From an uncultured Spirochaetota bacterium (GTDB taxonomy: Bacteria > Spirochaetota > Brevinematia > Brevinematales > JAOACQ01), in assembly GCA_963768055.1 (NCBI GenBank), contig CAVYGN010000002.1, positions 512,001-576,000 on the forward strand: a DNA stretch of 64,000 nucleotides, read 5' to 3'. Position 1 is the stretch's first letter. Each line of letters starts with the position of its first letter. A program made the position numbers and the translations under genes. The notes under the pieces are model-generated. The model had not been told where the DNA came from, searched no databases, and saw only the letters and a list, made by a program, of their open reading frames with translations. Positions 1 to 12,545 of this stretch are shown here, in pieces.

Positions 1-870
1 CTTAAAAACAGCAAGGGGGTGATAACCCATTATATCGGTTTGAAAGAGGACATCACATATAAAAAGCTGGCCGAAGAAACACTGCAGAAAACGCTGACCG
101 AATTCGCAGAACTTAACAAGAATCTTGACAATAAGATAAGAGAAGAGGTGGAAAAAAACAGGGAAATGGATCAAATGCTTATCCAGCAGTCAAGGCTTGC
201 CGCAATGGGGGAAATGATCGGAAATATAGCCCATCAATGGAGACAGCCTATTAACGCCCTTGGTATAATAATACAAAATATAGAACAAACCTTCGATTAC
301 AAAAAGCTTACAAAAAAATACCTTGAAGATACCGTTTTCAAGGCTATGTCAATAATTACATACATGTCCAGAACCATTGACGATTTCAGAAATTTCTTTA
401 GACCCGACAAGGAAATGGAAGATTTCAGCATCAGCAACGCTATAAGAAAAACAATTTCTTTTATTGAATCAAGTTTTAAGGAACATAACATTGTGATAAG
501 CTTTACACCCGAAAAGGATATCATCAGGAAGGGGTTTCCGAATGAATACTGCCAGGCTGTTATGAATCTGCTCAGTAATGTTAAAGATGCTGTTCTTGAA
601 AGAAATATCATGCAGTCTTCTGTAGTGATTACACTGCAGGAAAAATACGGCAGGTCAGTCCTTACCATCCAGGATGACGCGGGCGGTATTGCGGACAATA
701 TCCTTGATAGAATATTCGACCCTTATTTCACCACTAAAGAATTCGGCACCGGCATAGGGCTTTATATGTCGAAGGTGATCATAGAAAAAAATATGGGCGG
801 AAAACTTACAGCCAGGAATACCGGGAAAGCTCCCGGAAAAATCGGCGCTGTTTTTCAGATAGAGTTATAA
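1..870 (+). CDS. PAS-domain sensor histidine kinase, 5'-truncated by window edge
   Basis: Frame open from base 1; PAC-like THYIGLKEDIT, H-box EMIGNIAHQWRQP, N/G/F boxes (NLLSN, DDAGGI, FDPYFTTK, GTGIGL). Confidence 0.9.
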   Translation, partial: LKNSKGVITHYIGLKEDITYKKLAEETLQKTLTEFAELNKNLDNKIREEVEKNREMDQMLIQQSRLAAMGEMIGNIAHQWRQPINALGIIIQNIEQTFDYKKLTKKYLEDTVFKAMSIITYMSRTIDDFRNFFRPDKEMEDFSISNAIRKTISFIESSFKEHNIVISFTPEKDIIRKGFPNEYCQAVMNLLSNVKDAVLERNIMQSSVVITLQEKYGRSVLTIQDDAGGIADNILDRIFDPYFTTKEFGTGIGLYMSKVIIEKNMGGKLTARNTGKAPGKIGAVFQIEL

Positions 871-949
871 TTTTACCTTTATTTTTAATGAAAATGAGTG
901 TAATATATAATAAGTTCATTTATTTAAAATCCATAGAGGAGGATTATCA

Positions 950-1759
950 ATGTATAGATTATTATCTCTCTGCCTTATCGGCTTTTTATTTGCAATGCCC
1001 GGGAGTATTTTCCCGGATACCAATAAGACTTATTCCGTAAGCGTGACCGTAGGCATTGTTAAATATTCACAAAACAACGGTTCGAACTGGATGAAAGTAT
1101 TTCCCGAACTGGAACTTATTGAAAAATCCCTGGTTAAGACCGGGATCAATTCATATTGCGATATATTTATGCCGGAACGTGGAGTATTTCGTGTTATGGA
1201 CAATACTACGATCCAGATAAAAGAACTGAAGAAACAGGTCGAGCAGATAAAGATCCGCCAGGGAAAAGCTATCTTTAACATTGCAAAAAAGCTGGGACCT
1301 GACGAAAGTTTTACTGTTGAAACATCTGTGGCCAATGCTGCCGTAAGAGGAACTAAGTTTGAAATCGATTCCGATGATAATAACCTTGCCGTGTCCGTGA
1401 CAACCGGAAATGTCAGAATCAAAAGAAATATCGCCATTCCCAAAGAATACCAGGATGATGAAGAGGTCCAGAATCTTCTTACTGTAGATGCGCAATCAAA
1501 CCAGACCATTACTTTAACCAAGGATGAAAACCTGGAGCTTGAACAGTCGATCGATAGGGTCAAGGGCAACAAGGCAGAGGTTTTGTCGGCGCTGAAAAAT
1601 TCTCACGATGCTACACTGAAAAAGTTAAAGATAATGAAGAAAAATGTCAATCGTGTATTGGATGAGCTTGAAAAATATGGAGATTCTTCTTCCGGCGATC
1701 AAAACCAGAGCGACGATACTGAAAATGCCATAGAAAAAATCAAAAATAAAGATAAATAA
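950..1759 (+). CDS. Exported FecR-domain protein
   Basis: Signal peptide; FecR motif FTVETSVANAAVRGTKF; GAGGAGG RBS. Confidence 0.75.
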   Translation: MYRLLSLCLIGFLFAMPGSIFPDTNKTYSVSVTVGIVKYSQNNGSNWMKVFPELELIEKSLVKTGINSYCDIFMPERGVFRVMDNTTIQIKELKKQVEQIKIRQGKAIFNIAKKLGPDESFTVETSVANAAVRGTKFEIDSDDNNLAVSVTTGNVRIKRNIAIPKEYQDDEEVQNLLTVDAQSNQTITLTKDENLELEQSIDRVKGNKAEVLSALKNSHDATLKKLKIMKKNVNRVLDELEKYGDSSSGDQNQSDDTENAIEKIKNKDK

Positions 1760-1785
1760 TCGTTAAGGCGCGAATAGCTCGAAAG

Positions 1786-1818
1786 AAACCCCGCCCTTTT
1801 AAAGGAGCGGGGTTTTTT
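1786..1818. terminator. Bidirectional intrinsic terminator between convergent FecR gene and eno
   Basis: AAACCCCGC-CCTTTTAAAGGA-GCGGGGTTT stem with T-tract and upstream A-rich tract. Confidence 0.85.
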
Positions 1819-1834
1819 ATTTCTTACGATCAAG

Positions 1835-3151
<1,317 letters not shown>

Positions 3152-3258
3152 TTATTATTTTAATCATATTTGTCACAGTATCGATATGACAATAACTATT
3201 TATGATAGGCCTTAAAAAAATAAAAGTCAAAAAGCAGGAGTAAAGTAAAATTGAAACC

Positions 3259-3289
3259 GGGGGGACGTGTCTTCGCGGACCGTCCCCCC
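3259..3289. repeat. GC-rich REP-like hairpin
   Basis: GGGGGGACG...CGTCCCCCC inverted repeat between divergent eno and lhr. Confidence 0.5.
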
Positions 3290-3361
3290 AAAAATTTGTT
3301 TTTTTATTCCCTTCTGACTATTCTATAAATAATTGAGGTATAAATAATCGAGGTATCACCA

Positions 3362-6300
3362 ATGGACCCGCTATCCCTGTTCCATCCCTCCGTTAAAAAG
3401 TGGTTCGAAGAAAAGATCGGTTCCCCGACCGAGATCCAGCAAAAGGCATGGCCTTTGATAGCCGGAGGCAGCCATGTCCTGATGAGCGCGCCTACAGGCA
3501 CAGGCAAAACCCTTGCTGCTTTTCTCTGGGCGATCAATCAGCTTATTGCCGGAAAATGGGAAAAAGGAAAGACTTCCATCCTCTATATATCGCCCATGAA
3601 GGCGTTAAACAACGATATCAGGAAAAATCTTCTCATACCGGTCGAACAGATCGGGGCCGGGATAAATGTTTTTGTAAGAAGCGGAGACACTCCCTCAGGC
3701 GAAAGGCGCAGAATGCTCATAAGGCCGCCTGAAATTCTCATTACGACCCCTGAAAGCCTCAATATACTTTTAACATCAAAAAACAGTTTTTACCTTTTCG
3801 AGAATTTAAAGACGGTAATTCTCGATGAAATACATGCAATTGCCGGCAGCAAAAGGGGAACCCTATTAATAAGTTCGGTGGAACGCCTTACAAGGATTTC
3901 CGGAGAATTTCAAAGGATCGTGCTCTCGGCTACGATCCGGCCTATAGAAGTTATTGCCGGTTGGGCCGGCGGAAAAAGGGATATGCGGATCGTCGAAGCC
4001 TCAAAGTCAAAAAAATACGAGATAAATATAAAATTCCCGGCGGACGCCGGAAAGAAGATGATTGACAACTCCATATGGCCTCCCCTGATCGAAGAATTCA
4101 GGAAACTTATAAAAAGCCGCAATTCCACGCTCCTTTTCACTAACAGCAGGCGATTGACTGAAAAAACCTCACGGCTTATTAACGAGAATGAACCTGAAAT
4201 CATAGCCTATTCGCACCATGGTTCCATTTCTAAAGAATTAAGGCTCGAAGTGGAGGACAAACTTAAACAGGGGAAATTGAAGGCGATAGTCGCCACAAGC
4301 TCTCTTGAATTGGGGATCGATATCGGCGAACTTGACCAGGTCATACTTATCCAGACCCCCCGCTCCGTCTCTTCCGCCCTTCAAAGGATAGGCAGGGCGG
4401 GGCATAGAGTAGGCCTTGTAAGCAGGGGTTGCCTCTTTCCTACCCATGGCAGGGACTTTATCGATGCGGCGGTGCTCGCAAGGGCGGTGGAGGATTATGA
4501 GATAGAACCGGTAAAACCGGTTGAAAACCCCCTTGACCTTTTATCTCAGATTGTGTTATCGATGAGCGCAGTAGAGGATTGGAAAGTTGACGATTTATTC
4601 GGTTTTATAAAAACTATATATCCTTACAGGAACCTTTCTCATAAGCAGTTTATCCTTGTTTTAAACATGCTCTCGGGAAGGTACTCAGGCAGCCGGATAA
4701 AAGAGCTTAAACCTCGTATATCTATCGATAAATTAAACAATACTATTAAAGCTATGGACGGAGCCGCTTCCCTTGTCTATCTTTCAGGGGGTACGATACC
4801 GGACAGGGGTTATTATGACCTGCGAATGCAGGATACGCATTCGAAAATAGGCGAACTTGACGAGGAATTTGTCTGGGAAAGAAAAATAGGAGATACTTTC
4901 TCTCTGGGCCCTGCCGTCTGGAGGATACGTAATATTACAAATACCGATGTCCTTGTAAACCCTGTAGATAGCGCTCCAAACATTATTCCCTTCTGGAAAG
5001 CTGAAGATTCCGACCGCGGATTCTTTTTCTTTGAAAAAGTCGGCTTGTTCCTTGAAAAAGCCACGGAAATGCTTGGCGAAAATAATTCGTTCAGAAATTT
5101 ATTAATGTCGGAATACTCGATGGATGAAGCATCCTCGGAAGAACTTGCTCTCTTTCTGGAATCTCAGATAAAATTTACAAATTCCCCTCTCCCGGGCCGC
5201 CATCTTGTTCTGGCCGAACATGTTAAGAACCCGGTCCCCGGCGATAACAGCGAGATAGTCCTGCATACTCTCTGGGGAGGGAGGATAAACCGCCCCTTTT
5301 CATTTATTCTTTCCGCCGCCTGGCAGGATAAATTCGGTTATCCGATCGAAGTCATGGCTAACGATGACAGTATCCTTATAATGCTCCCTCATAGTTTTAA
5401 AATTGACGATGTATTGGAGCTTCTTTATTCAGCCGACCTTGAAAGTCTGCTTAAAAAGAGCCTGGAAAATACAGGATATTTCGGGGCCCATTTCCGTGAG
5501 AATGCCGGCAGGGCCTTGCTCCTGCCGAAAAGAGGCTTCAACAGCAGGGTCCCTTTGTGGCTGAACCGCCTGAGATCTAAAAAACTGCTTGAAGCGGTCC
5601 ATTCTTATCAGGACTTCCCTGTAACGATCGAAACCTGGAGGGAATGCCTGCTGGATGAATTCGATCTTGAAAATCTTAAAAAACTCATCGACGAGATCCA
5701 TACCGGCGATATAAAAATCAGCGAAATATACACTCCGTCCCCGTCCCCGTTTTGCGGAAATATCATCTGGCGTCAGAAGAATAAATATGTCTATGAAGAC
5801 GATACGCCATCACCTTCAGGTGTTTCCAGCCTTTCAGACGACCTCTTCCGTGAAATTCTCGGCGAAGCAGGCCTGCGGCCCCTTATACCCCGGGAGACGG
5901 TTTCCCTGATGAATCAAAAATTAAAAAGAACCTATCCCGGATATTCGCCGCAAAATTACGGGGACCTTCTCGAATGGGTTAAAGAAAGGCTGCTGATTAA
6001 TTGTAATGAATGGGATGAATTGGCGAATTCTATCGATCCCGGGATCAGGACTGTATTTCCTGACCGGTATGAAAGCCGGATTTTATCATTAAAGCCTCCG
6101 TTGTCTAAATACCGCCTTGTCTGCGCCGCTGAAAATCTTCCACTTATTTCTTCATTCTACAATCTTCAACCGGACGAACTCGATATATGTTTAATGCCTG
6201 AAGGCAGGCCGGATAGCGCTTTCATAAGAAATATCTTTAAAACGCTATCGGGAGAGGTTCCGGAATCTGTCCTGCAGGACCGGGGCAGGTTTTTCCTTCA

Positions 6301-7717
6301 ATGGATTTCATATTACCCGGCTGTCGATACCGCGCTTATACCCGGTATGTTAGGGCTTTCAAAAACAGATATCGCTGAAATCCTGGGCGATTTATCCGAA
6401 TCGGGAGAAATTATTATCGATGAATTGATCGAAGGGTCGCAAGAGATCTATGCGGCCGAGAGGACTAACCTCGAGACCCTTCTAAGGATCTTGAGAAAAG
6501 AAAGAAGGCCGGCTTTCAAGGCTCTTCCCCTGGAAACGCTGCAGCTTTTTCTTGCAAGCCACCAGGGTCTGACGAACAGGGACCAGTCGATCGAGGGTTT
6601 GAAAAAGGACCTTGAAAGATTGTTTGGTTATCCGCTGGACGCTCAGGCCTGGGAGGAATCGATATTCCCGGCAAGGCTCTCGCCGTATTATCCGGCATGG
6701 CTGGACAGCCTTCTTCAAAACACGGGATTATTATGGTTCGGCTGCGGTAAAAAGAAGCTGTCTTTCGCTTTCCCGGAAGATATCGGGATATTTACCGGCC
6801 CAGGGGAATCCGGCGAAGCGGAAGAGCTGCCTGACAGGGAAAGGCATTACGATTTTTTTGAGCTAACTTCGATCATGAATACGACTACAGCGAAAGCGGC
6901 CGGAAAGATATGGAGCATGGTATGGAAGGGGCTGATCTCCAACGAATCATTCGAGGCGGTCAGAAAGGGGATCCGGAACAAATTCACCGCTGAAGTTGTT
7001 CTGGAGCAGGGCAATAAAGGTCAAAGGTCCCTCCGGAGCAGATGGGAATCCGGCAGGCCTCTGGCCGGCAAGTGGTACGCCCTTCCAAAATCCACCGATG
7101 CCGACGACCTGATCACTGCCGCTGAAAATCAGAAAAACATGGCCAGGGTCCTATTCGACAGGTACGGCATCGTTTTCAGGGAAATATTAATGAATGAAAT
7201 GCCCTTACTCCGATGGGCAAGCCTCTTGAAGACATTCCGCCTTATGGAACTTTCGGGAGAGATCCTGTCGGGTTATTTTTTTAAAGGGATACCGGGAGCC
7301 CAATTCGCCTCGCATGAGGCTTACCGCGAGCTTCTCAGGAAACTTCCTTATGACCATGTTTACTGGCTTTCAGCTATCGATCCGGCATCCCTTTGCGGAA
7401 CCGGGCTTGAAGGGATAAGCGCTTATTATCCCGCCAGGATACATGCAAATTTTATGGTCTTTCACGGAGATAAGCTGGTAATGACAATCGGAAGGTCGGG
7501 AAAATACCTTGAATTCAAAGTCGGGCCCGGTCATCCAAATATAGAAAGATACCTTGAGGTTATTAAAGTGCTGCTGACCAGGGAATTCAAACCCTATTCT
7601 TCCGTAAGAGTGGAAAAAATAAACGGAATTGCTGCGGATGAAAGCCCTTACCGCGACCCACTTATCAAGTTCGGCTTCAAATCAAGCTATAAAGGCATTG
7701 AGATCTGGAGGTATTAG
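3362..7717 (+). CDS. lhr: Lhr-family ATP-dependent DEAH helicase
   Basis: APTGTGKT, DEIH, SAT, HHGS, LELGIDIG, QRIGRAGH, GTIPDRG, FRENAGRALLLP; long C-terminal winged-helix region. Confidence 0.93.
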   Translation: MDPLSLFHPSVKKWFEEKIGSPTEIQQKAWPLIAGGSHVLMSAPTGTGKTLAAFLWAINQLIAGKWEKGKTSILYISPMKALNNDIRKNLLIPVEQIGAGINVFVRSGDTPSGERRRMLIRPPEILITTPESLNILLTSKNSFYLFENLKTVILDEIHAIAGSKRGTLLISSVERLTRISGEFQRIVLSATIRPIEVIAGWAGGKRDMRIVEASKSKKYEINIKFPADAGKKMIDNSIWPPLIEEFRKLIKSRNSTLLFTNSRRLTEKTSRLINENEPEIIAYSHHGSISKELRLEVEDKLKQGKLKAIVATSSLELGIDIGELDQVILIQTPRSVSSALQRIGRAGHRVGLVSRGCLFPTHGRDFIDAAVLARAVEDYEIEPVKPVENPLDLLSQIVLSMSAVEDWKVDDLFGFIKTIYPYRNLSHKQFILVLNMLSGRYSGSRIKELKPRISIDKLNNTIKAMDGAASLVYLSGGTIPDRGYYDLRMQDTHSKIGELDEEFVWERKIGDTFSLGPAVWRIRNITNTDVLVNPVDSAPNIIPFWKAEDSDRGFFFFEKVGLFLEKATEMLGENNSFRNLLMSEYSMDEASSEELALFLESQIKFTNSPLPGRHLVLAEHVKNPVPGDNSEIVLHTLWGGRINRPFSFILSAAWQDKFGYPIEVMANDDSILIMLPHSFKIDDVLELLYSADLESLLKKSLENTGYFGAHFRENAGRALLLPKRGFNSRVPLWLNRLRSKKLLEAVHSYQDFPVTIETWRECLLDEFDLENLKKLIDEIHTGDIKISEIYTPSPSPFCGNIIWRQKNKYVYEDDTPSPSGVSSLSDDLFREILGEAGLRPLIPRETVSLMNQKLKRTYPGYSPQNYGDLLEWVKERLLINCNEWDELANSIDPGIRTVFPDRYESRILSLKPPLSKYRLVCAAENLPLISSFYNLQPDELDICLMPEGRPDSAFIRNIFKTLSGEVPESVLQDRGRFFLQWISYYPAVDTALIPGMLGLSKTDIAEILGDLSESGEIIIDELIEGSQEIYAAERTNLETLLRILRKERRPAFKALPLETLQLFLASHQGLTNRDQSIEGLKKDLERLFGYPLDAQAWEESIFPARLSPYYPAWLDSLLQNTGLLWFGCGKKKLSFAFPEDIGIFTGPGESGEAEELPDRERHYDFFELTSIMNTTTAKAAGKIWSMVWKGLISNESFEAVRKGIRNKFTAEVVLEQGNKGQRSLRSRWESGRPLAGKWYALPKSTDADDLITAAENQKNMARVLFDRYGIVFREILMNEMPLLRWASLLKTFRLMELSGEILSGYFFKGIPGAQFASHEAYRELLRKLPYDHVYWLSAIDPASLCGTGLEGISAYYPARIHANFMVFHGDKLVMTIGRSGKYLEFKVGPGHPNIERYLEVIKVLLTREFKPYSSVRVEKINGIAADESPYRDPLIKFGFKSSYKGIEIWRY

Positions 7718-8229
7718 CCCCCCATCGGGGCTTTCTTCCTGCTGTCGATATAAACAAGCAGGACTATGATAATAAACCCGGCGGTCACATACATATCGGC
7801 AAAATTCAAAATCCCGGTCCTGAAAACCGGACCGATCCCCATGTTCAGGAAATCGATAACCCGGCGGTTGTTAAAGAATCTGTCGATAACTACATTATTC
7901 ATCCCCCCCGTTAAGATCAGGGAGAACGCGGTTGCCTGGCCGGCGGTAATCTTTTTCGATAAGATTATATAAATAAAAAGTATTATAAGAAAAGCTGCAG
8001 GCAACAATCCCAGGAGGATAAACCCGGCAACCGGAGGGAGGTTCTCTCCCATGGAGAGGAAGGCGCCCGAATTTTCAGAGTACTGTATCCTCAAAGTGTC
8101 GAACAGGTATGAATAAGTTTGTCCTCCCGAAAGCTTTTCTTTTGCGATGGCCTTTGTAACGCGGTCCAGCGCGGTACCAGCCGCGAGAATGCTGAACAGG
8201 ATTATCAGTCTTGGGATTAATTTCATCAC
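7714..8229 (-). CDS. lspA: Lipoprotein signal peptidase II
   Basis: ENSGAFLS, IDR, VIDF, NFAD motifs; 4 TM segments. Confidence 0.88.
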   Translation of the reverse strand: MMKLIPRLIILFSILAAGTALDRVTKAIAKEKLSGGQTYSYLFDTLRIQYSENSGAFLSMGENLPPVAGFILLGLLPAAFLIILFIYIILSKKITAGQATAFSLILTGGMNNVVIDRFFNNRRVIDFLNMGIGPVFRTGILNFADMYVTAGFIIIVLLVYIDSRKKAPMGG

Positions 8230-8325
8230 CCGGCTCCGCTTTATTTATTCAAGGAGTTATTGTATTGTTTTACCCGTAATTTGTCAATGCGGCAGCAGGA
8301 ACATTTGCGGTGATCCCCGTTGTTT

Positions 8326-9723
8326 TTACTTATGGGAAGACTTTGATAGATACTCCGTCGGGGTCATACCCGTGATCTTTTTGAACGCCGTGTAAAAAGT
8401 GGATTTGGAATTGAAACCCGAATCGTATGCGATCTGGAGAATATTGCCGTTATGTGAATTTGAATTCATCAGCCTTTTTGCTTCCTTGATACGGTAGGTG
8501 CTGAGAAAATCATAAAATTTTTGTTTTATATATTCATTCAGGATAATGGAAAGGCGCGTCCGGGGGATAGATAGCATTTCGGAGAGGCCCGGGAGGGTCA
8601 GATCGGGTCTTAAATAGGGCTTCTCGGTTTCCATTATTTTTTCTATCTCAAGGATATCGCTTGCAATTAATTCCGGATCTATCTGATTTTTATCTTTAAC
8701 CTGAAGGTTTGTTATCACTATAGTTTTTCCTGTGACATGATCCTTATAATCGCGTAAATAAAACACCTGGGTTTTGAGTAAATGCGGGCCGTCGGGTGAT
8801 TCGATCCTGATATCCGTTTGAAACCGGTCGGACGACCCGGCTGATTTCAGGATTTCAGGAAAAACAGACGCGATTTGCCCAAATGGTTTCCCGATACTTT
8901 TTTTATTCAATCCCTTTAATATTTTTTGAGTTCCGGGGGTAAAATCGACAATATCGTCATTGTTATCGAGGATTATCATATCGTTGGTAACGGTTTCCAG
9001 AATAGTTTTCCATTTTAACGGTTGACTTTCGAACAATCGGTACCTGACCAGTCCTAAAGCGAAAAGGGGCCCGACTATGGCCAGGACAATCGGATTATAA
9101 TCCAGCCCCTTTAATATAAAGATATAGCTGACTTGAGAAAAAACATACCCAACCCAGGGTATGAGGGAAGCGACCATCATAATACCGGCCTGCTTTCTGA
9201 AAATTTCGGCCGATTGGAAATAAACGGTTATAATAAGGATGTTTCCTGCTAATACACAAAGGCTTAGGTAAATGACAAAAAGCCAGTAAAACATGCCTTT
9301 AGTAAATGTAACTACCGGATAAGGATTGGCGGGATCGATGAAGGTGGTTTTATAGGTAAGGTGAAAATATTCGTCGGTAAGCTTCAGAAATATTCCGATT
9401 AAAGGAATTATTATAAGGGAAATAACAGTCCATTTATTAAGATAGCGGCTTTTACCGCTGTATATTAAAGCAAGGATTATAAAGCAGGGGCCGAAAAACC
9501 ATGCCCCTATACAGTAGAAATCCACCCAGAATATTTTGCCCGCTAAAGAAGGGGTGATCATTTGGAACGCATGACCGGAAGAGTAAACCGCCAGGCTGAA
9601 CATCAGAAATGAAAAAGCCTTCCTGCCTATTAAGAATCCGCTTAAAGCGCCGTATAACCCCAGTGATAATAACATCATAGTGGAAAGAATCAATAATATG
9701 AAAATGTAGATCCAGGGTATCAT
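8326..9723 (-). CDS. Membrane-bound AraC-family regulator (HisKA_7TM-like sensor + PAS-like + AraC HTH)
   Basis: About 7 hydrophobic helices, PAS-like DMIILDNNDDIVDF, C-terminal YLRPDLTL...IAYDSGFNSKSTFYTAFKK. Confidence 0.85.
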   Translation of the reverse strand: MIPWIYIFILLILSTMMLLSLGLYGALSGFLIGRKAFSFLMFSLAVYSSGHAFQMITPSLAGKIFWVDFYCIGAWFFGPCFIILALIYSGKSRYLNKWTVISLIIIPLIGIFLKLTDEYFHLTYKTTFIDPANPYPVVTFTKGMFYWLFVIYLSLCVLAGNILIITVYFQSAEIFRKQAGIMMVASLIPWVGYVFSQVSYIFILKGLDYNPIVLAIVGPLFALGLVRYRLFESQPLKWKTILETVTNDMIILDNNDDIVDFTPGTQKILKGLNKKSIGKPFGQIASVFPEILKSAGSSDRFQTDIRIESPDGPHLLKTQVFYLRDYKDHVTGKTIVITNLQVKDKNQIDPELIASDILEIEKIMETEKPYLRPDLTLPGLSEMLSIPRTRLSIILNEYIKQKFYDFLSTYRIKEAKRLMNSNSHNGNILQIAYDSGFNSKSTFYTAFKKITGMTPTEYLSKSSHK

Positions 9724-9875
9724 CTGACCCTCTGAAAAATAAAATTTCTATGATTTAAAAAATTATAGCGTTAAGAAAAAAATAATACAAGCAATAGTCC
9801 GAATGAATACAGCCGGACGACAAACCCGTATTTATCGCTTAAAATAACATGAAATCATAGAGGATAATAAGATTT

Positions 9876-11231
9876 ATGTTTTTAAAAGCCTTTTTTTATG
9901 CGGCGCTAATTTTTATTTTCACGGCCGCAGTTTATGCCGAAGATAGCGGAAAACGGGAAAAGGTCGTCATACTGCCGTTTCAAAATGATACGGATACTAA
10001 ACAGTTCAAAAACTCCGGTGTTTTCAGGAAAATATTTTCCAGAACTTTTTTTACATTCATAAGCATCCTGCCGGTCATCGACGTTCCCGACATGGGCAGG
10101 ACTAACGACATAGCTGTTTCATTCTCCAATATCCAGGCTTTTTCCGACAGTGAAAAGGCGAGGATCGTCATTTACGGACGCTACCGTTTATCGGGTCCGA
10201 AAGCAAATCCCAAAATCATCGCGGAACTTACGGCTTATGACGGCGCCGGGAGGACCAATATTTTCAGTAAAATTTATGAAACAACGACCGGACCCGATGT
10301 TTTCGAGGATATAGAAAATATGATCTCCGAAGTCATGAAAAGTTCCCTGAATATCGACGTGAAAAACATCGCCGCCATAAACTTCATGAATTTCAGGATC
10401 GCCAACGAAACATACCAGCTTTATGTGAACGGCCGCCTGATTGCATCCCCGTCCAACACCAACTTTTCACTTGTTTTGAGGGTCATGCCTCAAACAAACT
10501 ATTCAATTTTACTAAAACAGCCGGGGGGCAGGACCGTTCTTAAAACCGATGTAAGACTTGCCCTCAACGGCTCGACCAATATAGGCTATTCGGGGTACGG
10601 GTCCGTCAGGATCGGGGGGATCTATTTGAAAGACCGGTTAAAAACCTACGGCCTCTTTTTTGACAGCGGACAAGTTTCCGAGAACAGCTATCTTTCAAAT
10701 GTTCCCACCGCTTATGCACATAATTTAACCCTTGCTGAAAACCTTACAAACACAAACTACACAACTAATATCGACGTGTACGATAATCAGATCACTGCAG
10801 TCACGCCCGCGGCCGGGGCTTACGGGAGCCTCCATGCAGAACTGTTAAGCCTGGATTTCGATATGGCAAGCCTTATATTTGAGTTTTTCCCTTTCGACCG
10901 CTATTTCTTTGTCGGAGCCGGGGGGGGCTTTTATTACGCTGCCGGTTATTACTACGATATATCCCCCCTTTTAGAAATAGGCTATTACTGGATAGGAGAT
11001 ATGGCATATAATTTCCGTATCGGGACGGGGATTATCGGCAGGGCCAATCTTGCCCTGCCCCTGGGTGCAGACCCGGTTCCCGGCAGCGTAACCCCGGCTC
11101 TGTTCAATATCGGGCTTTTTATCAGCATCGATTTCTATTTCCTGACTTTACGCCCCGAGTGTTATGTTTACCGGAACGACAGCGGGCAGTTCACTTTCTC
11201 ATATACAGCCGCGGTCGGCCTGCATTTTTAG
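9876..11231 (+). CDS. Exported protein, probable outer-membrane protein with TolB/CsgG-like N-terminal domain
   Basis: Signal peptide, VVILPFQN start of alpha/beta domain, aromatic beta-strand C-terminus ending in F. Confidence 0.5.
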   Translation: MFLKAFFYAALIFIFTAAVYAEDSGKREKVVILPFQNDTDTKQFKNSGVFRKIFSRTFFTFISILPVIDVPDMGRTNDIAVSFSNIQAFSDSEKARIVIYGRYRLSGPKANPKIIAELTAYDGAGRTNIFSKIYETTTGPDVFEDIENMISEVMKSSLNIDVKNIAAINFMNFRIANETYQLYVNGRLIASPSNTNFSLVLRVMPQTNYSILLKQPGGRTVLKTDVRLALNGSTNIGYSGYGSVRIGGIYLKDRLKTYGLFFDSGQVSENSYLSNVPTAYAHNLTLAENLTNTNYTTNIDVYDNQITAVTPAAGAYGSLHAELLSLDFDMASLIFEFFPFDRYFFVGAGGGFYYAAGYYYDISPLLEIGYYWIGDMAYNFRIGTGIIGRANLALPLGADPVPGSVTPALFNIGLFISIDFYFLTLRPECYVYRNDSGQFTFSYTAAVGLHF

Positions 11232-11247
11232 TAGAATGGAGCGGCAT

Positions 11248-12399
11248 ATGTTTAATAAAATCGCTTTAATAATAGTCCATAATATCCCGGTGCTGTTAAT
11301 ACCCGCTTTATTATCATGCCAGCTCTTCTACGCTCCGGGGGCTTACGACAAGCTGAACACGTCCTCGTCCTCATCCTCATCTTCATCTCCTGTCATAACC
11401 AACTCGGTTACGAACGTGACATTGTATATCGCTGGCCAGGATCCTGCGGGTGGAGCCCTCTGGACGGTAACCATGAATGGAACGGTTACGAATATCGTTA
11501 AAACCGTCATGCCGAATTCGGTTTCGGCAAGCTGGGTGGCTCTTAACGGAGATACTCTCTATATCGCAGGGAGAAGCGGGGTCTCGCCGAACTATTACGG
11601 CTGTTACTGGACGGTTAAGACAAACGGAGGCACTCCGGTTGAAAACGATGTAACTCCGGTAGATATAACCGGCGGTTACGGTTGCGATCTTTTTTGGATC
11701 GGGTTCGACCCTAATGGAAACCTTTGCTGCACCGGCGATGATGAAAACGATTATCAGTGCTATTGGCTGAACGGCATCAAATATACTGAAAATAGTGCAA
11801 TGTGGGGGATGCCGTACAATCTCGTATTTTCAGGCGGCAATTACTATACCGTAGGGTACAACAACGGCAGCACGACTTCGTGGCTATGCATAAATAACCC
11901 TGTTCAAATATCAATACCGGGCGCAGGGTGGTATCTCGGCGGATTGGTCGTAAATAACGGCGTCATATATGTAAGCGGTACAATGAGTTCCGTTGGAAAT
12001 TCATCTGTATGGATATCTTCGAACAGCGGCGCTACATTCAACACCATCCCGTTGAACGGGACAGTTAATAGTTTCTCATATCCATGCTATTCCGGTTCTT
12101 ATCTGTATTCGCCCGGCATTTCGGCTTCCTCTTATCCATGTTACTGGACTTTAGACAGCCATGGAAATACGAGTCAGATAATACTTGATCATGTTTCCAC
12201 CGGAGAGGTCCAGTTTATAATTGTAACAAACAACACCGTCTTTTCCGCCGGATATGACAATAGTCAACCGGTTTACTGGATCGGCACAAGCGAATATATC
12301 CTCGATACCGGTGCCATATATGATATGATAGGCTTAGTCGTAACATATAATATCGTTAATACGTACCTGCCGCAGGGGAAGAACGGAAAAACACGCTGA
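11248..12399 (+). CDS. Lipoprotein with poly-Ser linker and probable beta-propeller, copy 1
   Basis: ATG 11248 with GGAG RBS (upstream ORF extension overlaps previous gene); lipobox LLSC; repeats LYIAG...YW. Confidence 0.75.
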   Translation: MFNKIALIIVHNIPVLLIPALLSCQLFYAPGAYDKLNTSSSSSSSSSPVITNSVTNVTLYIAGQDPAGGALWTVTMNGTVTNIVKTVMPNSVSASWVALNGDTLYIAGRSGVSPNYYGCYWTVKTNGGTPVENDVTPVDITGGYGCDLFWIGFDPNGNLCCTGDDENDYQCYWLNGIKYTENSAMWGMPYNLVFSGGNYYTVGYNNGSTTSWLCINNPVQISIPGAGWYLGGLVVNNGVIYVSGTMSSVGNSSVWISSNSGATFNTIPLNGTVNSFSYPCYSGSYLYSPGISASSYPCYWTLDSHGNTSQIILDHVSTGEVQFIIVTNNTVFSAGYDNSQPVYWIGTSEYILDTGAIYDMIGLVVTYNIVNTYLPQGKNGKTR

Positions 12400-12545
12400 T
12401 TTACTCCTTTGCGTCGGTCGTCTTTGTCCCATTATAGGACGAATTTGATTAAAATCCATTTGATAATAAAATAATAATGAATTATAATTTTATTAAGAAT
12501 ATTATTCTCGACCGGTTTGCATTACTTAAAGAAAAATGAGGAAAT

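Noticed and set aside
1..870. Histidine kinase as the missing PhoR
   Set aside because: 20 kb from the regulator and H-box (AHQWRQP) is unlike PhoR (SHELRTP).
3362..7717. Lhr helicase as part of a defence system
   Set aside because: Host-like GC, housekeeping neighbours, no partner nuclease; consistent with ordinary DNA-repair Lhr.
11362..11388. TCCTCA microsatellite as a phase-variation switch
   Set aside because: In-frame mixed Ser codons encoding a linker; length change would not shift frame.
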